From positions 16,122,001 to 16,186,000 of the forward strand of contig NC_058368.1 in the NCBI RefSeq assembly GCF_018350175.1: a stretch of DNA of 64,000 bases. The letters are read 5' to 3'. The translations under genes were made by a program, and so were the position numbers. Under the pieces are notes generated by a model. It was not told the DNA's origin and did not search any database. It worked only from the letters and a program-made list of their open reading frames with translations. Origin of the DNA: Felis catus. Taxonomy: Eukaryota. This document shows, piece by piece, positions 36,580-49,869 of this stretch; position 1 is the stretch's first letter, and every line of letters begins with the position of its first letter.

Positions 36580-38040
36580 CTTGTACATTTTTTAAGTTTA
36601 CCTGTTTACTATAAGAGGTTACATGTCTGCCCCTGTGGGCTCTGCTGTAAGAATGAGGTATCCAGCCTTTCTCTTATCCAGATGATTTTGCACCATTCTG
36701 CTGGAATGATTACCCCAGCATGTTGTCAAAGCTAAGAGACACAAGCTAAGAAATCTTTAGTGCCTCCCCATGTCTACATAATAAAGCTATACTTTTTTAG
36801 CCTGGCATTCAAAACCCTTTACAAGGTGGCGTCTGAGTACCTTTTATTTATTTAACAATTTAGTTTTTAAGCTGCTGCTATATGCTCAGCATTGTTCTTG
36901 GAGCTGAGTATAGAGCAACGTACTAGAGTGTCATGTCCTCATGGGACCTTATAATCTACTGTGAAAAGCCTGGTATTAAGCAAATGGTCACACAAATAAT
37001 TACTTACAAAGTGAAAACAAGAACACGCAATGAAAACTGAAAGGGGCCCTTGGATTTGGCAATTAGGTCATTGACATCAGTCTCTTATGCTGTTTCAGGA
37101 ACAGAAGACCAGTTTTATTTAGGAGCAAGAAGGAATATCTAGAAAACATATAGGCTTTGGAGGGAGAAGTATGAACTTTGCACCAATCCTTTGCTGATCT
37201 ATGGCTGGATTCTGGCTCTTCCCTTACATTTGCTTTGATACAGTCTATGTTTTTCTGTCACTGTTTAGCAGTTACATGGAAAAATATTTCTACTCCACAA
37301 ATGTTTACAACATGGGACAAAAATAAATCTAAAGTTCTGCTGCTCAAGCTGGGTGGGGTGGGATTGTTATCTCCCCAGCAATCACCAGTTCCTAGAACTT
37401 GAACCCCAGCATCTTCCGATGCTGTAGCATACCTTTTGCCAGAACACTGGGTGTATACTTTCTTAAGTCAGTATACATTAAGTACCTTTGCTCATTTAAA
37501 GGAATACTTTTGACTTACTCTGATACAACTGATCAGTTAGCTATAAGATGTATGCTTCCACATAGAATATGTTTGAAAATTTCTGGCTCTTTAACATGAT
37601 TATTGATGTCATCTTCCCAGTCTAGCAATGTAGAATCTATAAATCTGTTGGGGGACAGTTGGATGTTATAGTCCCTGATCTAACTCTGTCTGCTGCGAGG
37701 TAACTTCTTTGGGGCTTTTATCCTAGTTAATGCCATTATGACCTTAAGGGACAGGAGATCCAACCCCGTTGAAGCTCTGGACTAACTGGATAGTACCCAG
37801 GTGAGACCAGGCTAGAACATTAAAATAAAACATTATTAAATGCTTAGGGCCAACAAAAAGGAAATAACCAGAGAGCAGTGTGCACCTAGACAAAATGATT
37901 TATAAGACAGATTCTGTTCATCCCTACTTGTCATTTCGTGGAGTGATGATGATCCTGTGTCATGTAGGCACCTACCTTGCTCTGGAGGGCAGGGAGTGCC
38001 TGTGATCCTTGATGCTACAAGTTTATTGAACAAATTGGAT

Positions 38041-38301
38041 TTTTTTTTTAAAAAATTTACTTTCATTTTTTAAAATTTGTTTAATGTTTATTTTTGAGAG
38101 AGAGACAGAGAGAGAGAGAGAGACAGAGACAGAGCGCAAGCAGGGGAGGGACAGAGAGAGAAGGAGACACAGAATCCAAAGCAGGCTCCAGGCTTGGAGC
38201 TGTCAGCACAGAGCCCGACGCAGGGCTTGGTATCAGGAGCCATGAGATCATGACCTGAACTGAAGTCCAATACTTAATGGACTGAGCCACCCAGGCACCC
38301 C
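38041..38301 (-). mobile_element. CanSINE
   Basis: Full-length antisense copy ending gagccacccaggcacccc. Confidence 0.95.
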
Positions 38302-39427
38302 AAATAAGTTGGATTCTATATGCAAGAATACAGCAACATGTGTCTCACCACTCACACTAAATTCACTTTGTCAAATAGCTCTTATACTGCATCTGAGTCT
38401 TGACCAAGTGCTTTGATGTTTCTAGTTCTTGTTAAACAAAAAAAGGTCCATTTATTTCAGTGTAATCACATTGTCTTGCACGGTGATTCAGTTTCAAGAT
38501 TTTCTCTTCCCCCAGCTCAGGCACATTTCAGGCTTAGAAGACTGCATTTGAAGGGGATGAGTAGAGTCAGCATCTTTTCTGTTTTTCCACCTTTTGCTCT
38601 ACTCATTCTCCATCATCCTTATGGCATGTGGCTCTTCTGGGTTTAGAGCAGGAGAAGGAGACATAGATGTAGAAAGGTCTTACTTGATGAAGTGAATCTG
38701 GTATTGATGCCCTCTGGATGTTGCTGATTCACAGTGATGATTTTGGTGTTGTTGCTATGGAATCTTTTATGATTCTTTGGATCCCCTCTCAGTTCCTTTG
38801 ACATGGTAGGTACTTTCTCTTGTTAATTGCATACAGTCTTCCTCCAAGTCTCTAGATTCTGATGGATGGCTCTTATGATGCCTGCTGCATCCTCTTGTGC
38901 CTCCAAGCCCTCCTCTAGCACAGTCCTGTTCTGGATGAATCAGCCCAACTTCTTTCTCTGGAGTCTACAGCCAACCTAGGGAAATTCACACAGAATTTAA
39001 CAACACAAGCCATTTCTAACTTAGCCACCTCTTCCTGCTTTAATGCCCCAGGGTAGTTGGCTAAACTAAAGCCTTTCATTTTAGGAAAGAAACCAATATC
39101 AGCCCTTTGTCTCTTAAATTTCAGAGAATGCATATCAGGCTATCCAAAGCTGTTCTATTCCAAGGCTTGAGAGACGAGGGAGGCATCCCATTTCTCCTCC
39201 CTTGGAAGAGGGAAAAAAATACACAACATCCTGGCAAATATCTGCAAAGAAATTCTTACTACTGCCATACTCAAACCCTTTAAAGTCTCTCAAATAAATT
39301 TATCTGCTTTATTCATTTAGCCTGGAGGTGGCTGATGGGCTGAGGATAGAAGAACTTGCTTGATAATCTTTTAGGCCTCCCTACATAGGCCGCCCAACTC
39401 TTTAAGATATGAAGGTATTTGGTGTTT

Positions 39428-39652
39428 TTCGCTTTTTGTTTTTTTTTAGTTTATTTGTTATTTTGGGAGAGGGAGAGAGAAAGTGCAAGTGGAGAAGGGG
39501 CAGAGAGAGGGAGAGACAGAATCCTGAGCAGGACTCTGTGCTATCAGCTCAGAGCCCATCGTGGGGCTTGAACTCAGGAAGGAACCATGAGATCATGACC
39601 TGAGCAGAGATCAAGAGCAGACGCCTAACTGACTGAGCCACCCAGGGGCCCC
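39428..39652 (-). mobile_element. CanSINE
   Basis: Perfect 19-bp TSD atgaaggtatttggtgttt. Confidence 0.95.
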
Positions 39653-41461
39653 ATGAAGGTATTTGGTGTTTATTTTTTAACTTCTGTTACTGAACCCTCA
39701 ACTGAAACTCTGAGAAAACAGAAAATGATACATTTAACATCCTGTCTTACTTTCCAGGTGTATTTAACATGACTCTAGATTACTTAAAATCCAAATTCAA
39801 GTCTTGGGAGGCCCTAGGAGAGATGGAATGCCCCTGTCTTGCCTATATACAGCCTGTCTTTGAAGTTCTGATAGTTGGTATATGGATCTGCTTATTATCC
39901 ACGGAATACATCAGAAATGCCTTCTGGTCTGGGAGGCTCCAGTGCTTTTCTATGTTGGTCTTTTAAGATTTCAACAGGACAGAGGTATCAGAGTACAATG
40001 CAGTAAAGCTCACAGGTGTGAAAAAGCTAATAGCAGCTAGTTCCCTTATTAGAATGATTCTTATCAAGAAAAAAAAAAGTGATTCTTCTCTTGCCTGTTG
40101 GCTTGTTCGCATTCATGATATTTGGCTATGCTTAAGGCTTTGTGGTACATTGTCTCAGAATACCATGAACAAAGTTAACTGGTCCACCAGGGGATTGCAG
40201 CTGGCCTCATAATTCTCAACCAAACTGAGCCAGGCAGAAACAGCCAGAAACAGAAATATAAGGGGATATATTGTCTTTAGTTGATGATTGGATTCAAGAC
40301 AAAAATTTTTTTTCTTTAAATCTAATTTGTTTTTCACAAATTACCAATACTTTAAAAGAACAGTGTTCCTTAAAAGATTAATGGTTTTGGAGATGTTTTT
40401 CAAGACAATGAGCATGGAAAGTACTTTTGTGGAGGAAATAGTTTCATTTTCCATAGTGTTTAACCAGTATCTTGCATTCCAGATAAATGAAGTAAATAAT
40501 CCTTCTACTGTTTGTACACAAATTTCCCAAGATATGATTTTTCCATATTAAACATTGAGCAACTGCCATGTTGTGATAATATTTTGGGAAAATTTGACCC
40601 TCAGTCTTGAAATTTCTAAAATTAATTATAATTGTTCTACTGGTCAAAGTATATGTCTCTAAATTCTGGAAACAGAAAATAATGTATTTTCCCAATGTCC
40701 ATAAGCATGAATTTAACTGAGAAATTTTATGTTGCAATGCTTCAAGAAATATTTGCTAATAATAAATGTTCATTTGTCTTATTTGGAGGAAAAAAAACCC
40801 CAGACAGATTCCACTGTTACTGTAAAGTTTGGCTTTGTTTTTTCTGCCTTTCTCATCCCAGTGACTCCCACAGTGGAGTCACAGTGCCCCTCTCCTGCAA
40901 GCTCAGCCTTAGCTGAATTCTCAAGTCATTCCAACCGTGTGATGGAGCCTGGAGAGAGGTCTCTAGTGGTGTCCAGGAGACTTAAATTTTGGTTCTAACT
41001 TGTTCAATATTATCACCAATGACCCAAGTGAAGCTATGCCTATGAAATAATTAGATGACATAGAAATAGGAATGTAGCAAAGTTAGACTGAGATAATTAG
41101 ACAAAACTTTAAAGGAAAGAGATCTTGGTTTGTAAGGAGAGGAGAGGTGGAACATTTTATATGAAATCAACTTAGTACAATTAATACACTTAATATTAAT
41201 GGCTTATAGGAGGTTTTCATAATATTCTATCATCTATCTATCTATCTATCCATCTATCTAATTTATCTATCTGCTTGAAATGGCTTTTATTTTATCCAAT
41301 ACTAGCCCCAAGTGTGTTGATCAACTTTTTCCCCCTGCTGAATGGTAGGTCTCATAAGAGCGTCTTGGGCACCAGCACAGATGTGTAAAAGTGAATTACT
41401 CATTTGGAGAAAGCCAAGTAGGAAGGGTCAAGGAGGTTCTCTTTCAGGAGGTGTTGAGAGG

Positions 41462-41975
41462 TGTTACATAAATGAGACAAAGATGGTCTCTGTGTATTGG
41501 CCCCTAGGTTGTTTATTTCTTCCTGCAGGCTAAGACCTGTTAACTCAAAAGCCTGCTGCTGCCAAACTTAAAAACTTCCACATCCAATTATTTTAAAAAT
41601 AGCCCATACAAGCAGATTTTTACCTGTTCAGAGCCAGCTTATTTTGCCCACCTTGCAAAACCTCATCCGACACCACTGCTAGCCATAGCCCCAGAGCGGC
41701 TGCAGCCCTTTGGAATTCTCTGATCCAGAGACTCCCACCTTGTGAGCAAATGCCACCTAGACATAGGCTTCCTATATGACTGCTTTCTTCCTAGGGAGTT
41801 GCCTGCCTTCCTCCCCTTCTGCATAGGGGTTCCTGCATCATAGCATCATCGAAGATTGCTACTGTGAGAGATTTCCCCCACATACAAGTGTCAACCAATA
41901 AATCTTTGTGTGTCACTGTCTCTCACAGTCATTTCTTTTTTTCTGGATCAGCCACCAAATCTTCCAAGCCTCTGA
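41462..41975 (+). mobile_element. MER74/MER73-like ERVL solo LTR
   Basis: 'aagatggtctctgtgtattggcccctaggttgtttatttcttc...aaaaatagccc...aagcagattttt', AATAAA near the 3' end. Confidence 0.75.
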
Positions 41976-41989
41976 AGGTAAGGTTGGAG

Positions 41990-43030
41990 AAGAAACAGAA
42001 GTTAGCTTGACTTGCAGGTTACACTGGTATGTTGAGGTATTTTCCATAGATTGCAAGCAAGAGAAGAACATGGTCTCCTTTCTATTTTATGAAGTTCATT
42101 CTGGCTGTGCTGCGAATAAGAATAGGTTGAAGGAGGCAGGAATGGAGGCAGAGATACTGGATGTCATAATCTGGTAAAGTAATGCTAGAGACCAGAGCGA
42201 AGGAGAAGCAGTACATAGGGTTTAGTGGCCCCCTGGAGGTTGGAGGTGGGTGGGTAAAAGAGAGTGAAGAGTCAAAGTGACTCCAAAATTTCTGGCTTGC
42301 ATATCTAAAAACTGGTACTGTCACTAACCTGAAGAGACGTTAAGAGAAGGAGTAGATGAGTGAGAAGGATGATAATAAGCTTAGGATAAGGTGGTTTTTG
42401 TAGGAGGAGGAGAGTTGACTCTTTTTTTTTTTTTTTAACTCCGTGTCTTCTGAATGGTAAGTGTGTACAATTATGAGCTGCTTGTTTTTTGTGTGTTTGC
42501 TTTGTTTTACTTGTTTGTTTGTTTTTTTGAGAGGTAGAGTGAGTAAGAGTGTACATGTGCTAGCATGCATGCATGTGAGAGACAGTAGGGGAGGGACAGA
42601 GAGAGAATCCTAGGCGGGTTCCTTGCCCAGCATGGGAGCCGATATGGGGCTCAATCTCATGAACCCTGAGATCATGACCTGAGCTAAAGTCAAGAGTCAT
42701 ATGCTTAACCGACTGAGCCACCCAGGTGGCCTCTCAGAAGAGGGAGCACAGTACATGTTGAGAGGACTGAACACAGAAACTTAAGATCTGCTAGGATTTA
42801 AGAGCCTGCTGATGAAGATCAAGAGTCCACAAATAAAGCTGGGAAGGAAGGATGTGAGAGGTAGAGGGAAACTCAGAATACAGTGCTGTTGCAGAAGCTA
42901 ATGGTGGAATATTTCAAAAAGGAGAAAAAATCAACAACAGGTCAAACAACACAGAATTTAAATCACAGAAAGACTGGAAATTATCCATGTAATTTTGGCA
43001 GCCCCGAGGATATCTGAATTTTTTTGAGAG
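41990..43030 (-). mobile_element. L2 fragments
   Basis: 'cattctggctgtgc', 'gagtcaaagtgactccaaaatttctggctt'. Confidence 0.65.
42485..42732 (-). mobile_element. Older CanSINE
   Basis: 'gagatcatgacctgagctaaagtcaagagtc...cttaaccgactgagccacccagg'. Confidence 0.9.
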
Positions 43031-45226
43031 CAAAAGAATTTGTATCTGTGATTAATTCCCTAAGAAATAGACATTCCATGATTACATTCATGAATAATGG
43101 TGACAGTGTGAATAATTATTAATATATTGGGTAACTGAAATGGTTACATCAACCATGTGAAGTAAATATCACATGGAGATAAGTTAATAGAAATGTATCA
43201 TTTACTGCATCTGAGAAGAAAACAGCACTCAAGTGTTGCTTCATCTGAACTTTGCATTTGACCTAGTAATTTTAAACCCCCTAGAAGATACTAGGCAATA
43301 CAGCAATGTGGAAAATATGGGCTACTTTCTTTCACATTAACATATGTGCCTAATTATGATTATTGTCATAAAATGTGTTTGAAAGAAGAATTTTCCAGAA
43401 GAGTTCATAAGATTTTACGTCAGTACACATATAATTGTTGCTATAGATATTTTATTTGTTTTAGTCAAGTTATTTTCAACTTTTACATTTAAGCAGTAAA
43501 ATTTGCAGTAATGAGTTTTCTTCTTAATTCCCATACTATATCAAAATATTTACATATAGTCATATTATGTCAAATGATATTATAGTATGTTTTTTCCCCA
43601 GATTGCAGCATGCAGATACCATCCCCAAATAGTACCTTATCATTATGTTTCCAATTGTTTTCTTTCACCCAGAGTTTCGGTTACAGTAAATATTTCTCTT
43701 GCACTTGAAAAAGTGCTCTGGATTGTATGTGTATATTAGTTGCAAACCACTTCTAAGTTCTTACCTTTCTTGGAGGAGGAGAAATGGAATAAAATAAGCC
43801 TGAAAAATCAAACCACCTAAGTAATTAAGAAGGGATTCATAGGTATGCACTGTGACTATAGTAAATTATTATCAGTCCCTGCCTAGAATATCCTTTCTTT
43901 CTAGTCTTTATCCCCATTCCTTGCTCTTTAACTTAAAAAATGTTATGTCTTCTTTAAAGAGCACAACCATTTCTGTTTTCTCTATAATGTCTGTCCTGCC
44001 TCCCATAGGCAAGTTTGTTTGCCTTCTTCTTGTGTTCCTGTATTAATTAGTACACTCACCACATTGCTTTTGCTGATGTCTGTTTGCATATTTGTATGTT
44101 TCTCTGAACTCTGAGCACTTTGAGTATCTTTTCAAAATGTATGTCAACATCTGCCAAAAGTTAAAAAAAAAACCAACCTAATTATTTTAAATAAAATCTT
44201 TTGGTCTTAATTGCCTTTGAAAGTCATCCTATACAATGACACTTACAAATGGCAAGGAATAAAACTAAAGTTTTAAATTCCAATGTAGCAGATGGACTGA
44301 GTTATGTATGAGTTAAGGATGCAGTTTATAACCTTCATTCTAAATCTAAAGAAAAATCCACACTTAATGTTTCCTTTAATTATGGTTTTGGTAACACATT
44401 TCTAGAAGTACTTTTTAGTGGGTTTCTGTATTTGATTATGCATGTGGAAACTAATAAAAGCTGAACTATTACTTTAAAATATTTTTATAGGTACTTTTTT
44501 GGCAGTGAATGAACAAGATATTGGGATCACATTTACAACTTGTCTAATGCTGTTTAGCCTATGACATTTTGTTGTCGGTGTGCCAATGTAGCTATATTTA
44601 CATAAATGTAGCTTACTTGATTAGAAATAATTTCAGATGTTACCTTCTTACTAGTAGGTGTCAGGACTTGACTACAGAGAATTCTTTCACTCAGAACCTG
44701 AAGGGATAGTATACTCTATCATGGTTACAGTAGAGTCGATACGCATTTTTTTGTTGTTAAAAGTAAACAAAAGGCACTCTGTAAATGTATTCAGGTTTCT
44801 AGGAGTGAGAGAATTCTGGAGGAATGATTTGCCATCAAACTTTTAAAAATTTAAGCTATACAGAATTGCTAAATATATGCTCAGAAAAGGTAATGATCTT
44901 GGCCAATATGCTTTACATTTTGCAAACTTATATGTAGCAAACCAGTGCAATTATAATTTTCTGTTAAGTCAATCGGTGCAATCTGTCTTCAAAATAAGAA
45001 CTTTATTCATTTATTCTCAGCATGTGTGGAGATCCATCACACACATTTCCCTTGCTTTAAGCCCTATGATTAGTAGCAAAAGACTTTGGATTATAACAAT
45101 ATAGGAATATATGTAAGTTATGAAGCATAAAAAAGAACACATCTACAATTTACATTTTTAAAGGCACATGGAATGCACTCACCAATTCAATATGGATGAG
45201 GTTTGGGTTACAAACTGAATCTTTTA

Positions 45227-45427
45227 GGGACACCTGAGTGTCTCATTTGGTTAAGAGGCTGACAGTTGATTTCAGCTCAGGTCATGATCTCATGTTTGTG
45301 GTTTGAGCCTGTGTTGGCTTCTGCACTCACAGCGTGCAGACTGCTTGGGATTCTCTCCCTCCCTCCCTGCCCTTCCCTTGCTCACACTCTCCCTCTCTCT
45401 CAAAATCAATAAGCATTAAAAAAAATA
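45227..45427 (+). mobile_element. CanSINE
   Basis: TSD aaaStgaatctttta. Confidence 0.93.
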
Positions 45428-45896
45428 AAGTGAATCTTTTAATCTTCTCAAGCCAATGCCTAAGATATATTTATTATAAGTGTGTGAGATAAATTCTTTC
45501 TTTTGGGTACATTCCAGTAAGATATCTGATAAGGTATTTGATTCTGATGGGAGAAACAATTTAAACAAGAAAAGAGGATGAAACTACAAATTGAATTGAA
45601 CTTAAAAAAAAAGTGAGGGGTAAATAGTAAGTGATTCTTTCTTGCCTTAGCGAGAAAACAGCACCTCATTGTTGGCTGTGGTTGAATGCTTTCTTCTTAG
45701 GTGCCTGTATTGTGGAGACCTGGCTTTCAAGCCAGTCCTTGTTTGGTGCTTAGGATGTGAATGGGCGTCAGGTACCTCCTATATTTGGTACCAAAAGAGG
45801 TTTCTCATAAGGTTTTTAAGGTGAAAACATAAGTATCTTCTATGGAGAAACTAAGAACTGTCCTTTATGCTCAGATTATAATCTTTGTAGTGTTTG

Positions 45897-46068
45897 GTAT
45901 ATATATATACCTATATATATATAATATATAAATTATTATTATATATATTTATATATAATATATAAATTATTATCATATATATTTATATATATTTATATAT
46001 TATATATATTTATATTTATATATATTATATATTGGTATATATATATATACCAATATATAATATATATA
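45897..46068. repeat. AT-rich / (TA)n low-complexity tract
   Basis: Direct reading. Confidence 0.95.
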
Positions 46069-46176
46069 ATGAGATATCACCTCACATCTGTCAGAGTGAC
46101 TAAGAACACAAGAAACAGTAACTGTTGGTGAAGATGTGGAGAGAAGGAACCCTTGTGCACTGTAGATGGGAATGCC
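46068..46176 (+). mobile_element. L1 ORF2 C-terminal fragment
   Basis: 'aatgagatatcacctcacatctgtcaga...tgttggtgaagatgtggagagaaggaaccc'. Confidence 0.85.
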
Positions 46177-46189
46177 ATTTTCTGAACGT

Positions 46190-47215
46190 TCAGTAGCATT
46201 CAACATAGGTGCTTACCCCCTTTTCCTAAGTGCACTTTCTTCACTTGAACAGCACACTCACTACCTCACATGCTCCTTCTGCCTCCTTGGTTAGCTTCTC
46301 TTTTCCAACTTCTAATGGCAGACCCTCTCAGGTCTTAGTTCTTGGACCCCTTCTCCATCTTAATTTCTTTCTTTGGTGATTTCATCCAGGCTTAAGACAT
46401 TAAATGCCACCTGTATTCCAATGACTGTCTCCCTGACAGAGCCGTTGGACATAAACTATTCCACCCACCTCAACTGAGGGAAATTCTATACTTAAATTTC
46501 CTCCAGCCCTGAAACTCTTAGAGTCATTCCTATGTCCTCCCTTTTTCTCATACCTCATATCCAGTCTCTCAGGAAATGCCATTTCCTGTAACTTCAAAAT
46601 AAACCCAGACTCCACCGCCTCTCACACGTCCACTGATTCCACCTTGATTTAGGCCACATCAGATCTCACTTGGATGACTACAAAAGCTCCTCACTAATCT
46701 CCTGCTTCTATTCTTTTCCTGCTGCAGTCTATTCTCAATAAAACAACCAGATGGATTCTTTTACAACGTAAATCATATCAGACTGTTCAAAAGTCTCCAG
46801 AGGCTTCTAGAGAAATAATCAAATTTTCCTTATGGTGTCCTGCTGCCTCTCTTATCTCATTGTCTTAGTCACTTTGTGTTGGCCTCTTTGTTTTCCTCTA
46901 ACACATCAGGCATGTGCCCACCTCAGGGCCTTTACACAGACTCTTTTTGTTTGCCTGGAATAATTTAATCTCATTTCTTTTCAAGTCCTTTTTCACTCCC
47001 TCTTTTGCAAAAAAAGTAACTCTGATGACCCAATTTAAGATTATAACCTGCATTTCCACATTGCTACCTCCTCTGCATTTCTGTCTCCTTTCTCTACTTT
47101 ACGTTTTAAATGTCTTTCCATTTCATGCAGCAGTTTCTCCCATACTCTCTAATTTACGTATTACATTTATTTTTTATTGGCACATACTAGAGACTTAGTA
47201 AATATTTGGTCAATG
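46190..47215 (+). mobile_element. L2
   Basis: 'cagtagcattcaacatagg', 'ctcacttggatgactacaaaagctcctcactaatctcc', 'cctcagggcctttacac', ends 'tagtaaatatttg'. Confidence 0.85.
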
Positions 47216-48829
47216 CACATGGAAAGAATATCTATACTGATCAGCATTCTTAAAGACAACAAGGTTCACTCTAGATAATTTGAGGAGAATTAGTAGCTGG
47301 TTCTCTTTATTTTTGGTACAACCGTAATTAAAAAAAAAAGTAGAAAATGACGTTTTTGTAATTCCACACTGTAAAATTTTCTAGCTAAGAGAGCAACTGC
47401 TGCTATTACCCTGCCCCATGATCAGAAAGCAAACAAATAAGGAAACTGTTGACACTGTTTGAGCCCAAGGAGAGCTAAACCCTTCTGTCACCATTCTTGC
47501 CAGAATATCGTGTCTCTTTCCTCATGACCGTCACTGTGGAAATGCCCACTTGGCCAAAACCTAGGTCTCAAGCACAGCCATAGCAGAAGGGCCATCTGAT
47601 AAATGTAGCTTTCGTCTTTCCAGCCTTTCATCTTTGACCTTTTCAGGAAGTAATACTCCAAGGAAGTGAGTGGGTGTGCAGTAAGCCAATTACATTACAT
47701 GTCATAACCCACACTGTGGCTACTGAACATCAGTAGGGTCATTAACTCCCACATTTAAACCTCCAAATAACAATAGCAATGTTCTCTGCCTCCCCATAAG
47801 GCAACTTCCTCACAAAAGCACAAATGTACAGACCTTCTCCTCAATGTAGGAAATTCAAAATTTCATCAAGCATTGCAACCATTTCTGAATGATCAGCTCT
47901 CTTCAAATTTAGTCTCATTCCACGCTCATTATCCTATAAATATATATCCTATGATTATTATGATAAAGTGCTAGTAAAAACAGAGGGAAAGGAGGGAAAT
48001 TTTTAATACATATAACTAAATATGTGATAGACTGGAAAGGAAAAAATAGCTTAATCTTTAGTGTTACAGCTGATCACAAGGCCATATAACTTGTAACTTT
48101 CTTCTTCTACTACATATTTCATGTTCCCTTGGCTCCTAGACAGCACTAGAAAGGACTCTCAAAGGATACATATATGTATCTATTATAAAATATAAATATA
48201 TATATAAATATAATATATAAAATATTATACATATATATATATATAATATCAACTCTATCATATTGGTTGTAAACATTTTTTTCATTTGTTCTTTTCTCTC
48301 TTGACTTTTTACTTCTAAGATTTAAATTATTAGTGAACAATATCTTATATCTCTGTTTTTTATACATTATTTTATACAACAATTTTACATTTGACACCTT
48401 TTACTAATATAGTTTTTCTTTTTCTACCCCCAGTTTATAGTATTTCTTAATGATATAATTTTTAAATCTTTTAATCTATCTGGAATATATTTTGGGATCT
48501 GATCATGCTCTAACATATATTCTATTTCTATTCCAACACTTCTACTATATCTATTAGGTCAGTATCACTGGTTTAGATTTTTATTCATTTATAGGTTTAG
48601 ATTTGTATTAATTCATTCATTCAATTAAAAATATTATACAAGTTAATTACGGATGTTAGGTGATAAAGGTAATGAGAAGATATCTTTATTATTACATGCT
48701 AGTGATGGAAATGGCTAATAAGTAAGCAAGTAAAACACTTCTAAAAAGTAGATCAGTATGTCAGAGGAAATACGTGGGATGCAGTGATCTTTAAAAAGAA
48801 AAAAAAGATAATACAGAGAACATTCTTTT

Positions 48830-49017
48830 TTTTTTTTTTTTTAGTAACCAAGGTCTTTTATTTTTTTTACAGCATTTAAAAAAATTTTTTTTCAATATAT
48901 GAAGTTTATTGTCAAATTGGTTTCCATACAACACCCAGTGCTCATCCCAAAAGGTGCCCTCCTCAATACCCATCACCCACCCTCCCCTCCCTCCCACCCC
49001 CCATCAACCCTCAGTTT
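48830..49017 (-). mobile_element. 5'-truncated young felid L1 (L1_Fc-type) with 3' transduced sequence
   Basis: L1 3' UTR 'tttattgtcaaattggtttccatacaacacccagtgctcatccc'; perfect 15-bp TSD agagaacattctttt (48815-48829, 49018-49032). Confidence 0.92.
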
Positions 49018-49394
49018 AGAGAACATTCTTTTAATAGTAAGTTTAGGGAAGATCCTTTATGAGAATGGCACATTTAAGCTGAGAATCTAAGTATAAAAAG
49101 GCAGCCACAATGAAGGAGCCAGATGAGGACAGCCTATTCTTCATGTCCTAGGAGAAAAAGACTGAGCAAAATTTTAGTGTGATGAGACCCCCCCACTAGA
49201 GGGCTAGAGGTTTAGGATATTAAGATAGAGTTAGAATATGTAGAGCCTTGTAGGCCACAGAAATTTTGGATCTGATCCTAAGTACAATAAAAAGGAAAGG
49301 TGTCCTTTTGGCTATTATTTAGAGAATTGATAGGAGAGCAAAGTTGGAAGTAGGGAGTCTCATTAGAAATTGACAGTTATTAGTGCTGTCTACC

Positions 49395-49863
49395 ACATAC
49401 AAGGGATAATTACACTTCTTGGCCCTCTTGTGGTTTGGAGAGACCATGTAACATTGTAGTCATTGAGTCATGGAAAGAATAACCATGTAAATCCCAGGCT
49501 GAAGCATTTAATTGCCAGTGTGAGAGCATCCAGTGTTCTCATTCATTCTGTCTATACAACGACTGGCAATGTTAGATGTGATGCCTGATCCATTTGTCTG
49601 GGACACAGAGTCCGGAGGTATGCAGCAGAATCTTGGCCTATTTATAATGGACAAAAATGTGCCCCCGGTAAATCTTTATTGTTACAAGCCACTGAGATTT
49701 GGGGACCATTATTTTTTTTCCCAGCTTTATTGAGGCATAATTGACAAATAAAATAGTAAGATATTTAAAGCATATAACATGATGATTTGATATACATATA
49801 CATTGTGATAGGATTCTCAGGGCCTTTATTATAGCATAACCTAGTCCATCCTGGCTGAATACA
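49395..49863 (+). mobile_element. MLT1I/J-like LTR with an L1 3' stub inserted at about 49710-49820
   Basis: 'gaagcatttaattgccagtgtgaga', 'ttgttacaagccactgagatttgggg', ends 'gcataacctagtccatcctggctgaataca'. Confidence 0.8.
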
Positions 49864-49869
49864 AGTGGC

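Noticed and set aside
38340..39400. Possible old LTR-like sequence
   Set aside because: I could not assign a family or termini with confidence; the same applies to 32200-32420, 47400-48150 and 52380-52800
42421..42484. Poly-T plus unique sequence next to a SINE tail, suggesting a transduction
   Set aside because: No convincing TSD encloses both the poly-T and the SINE
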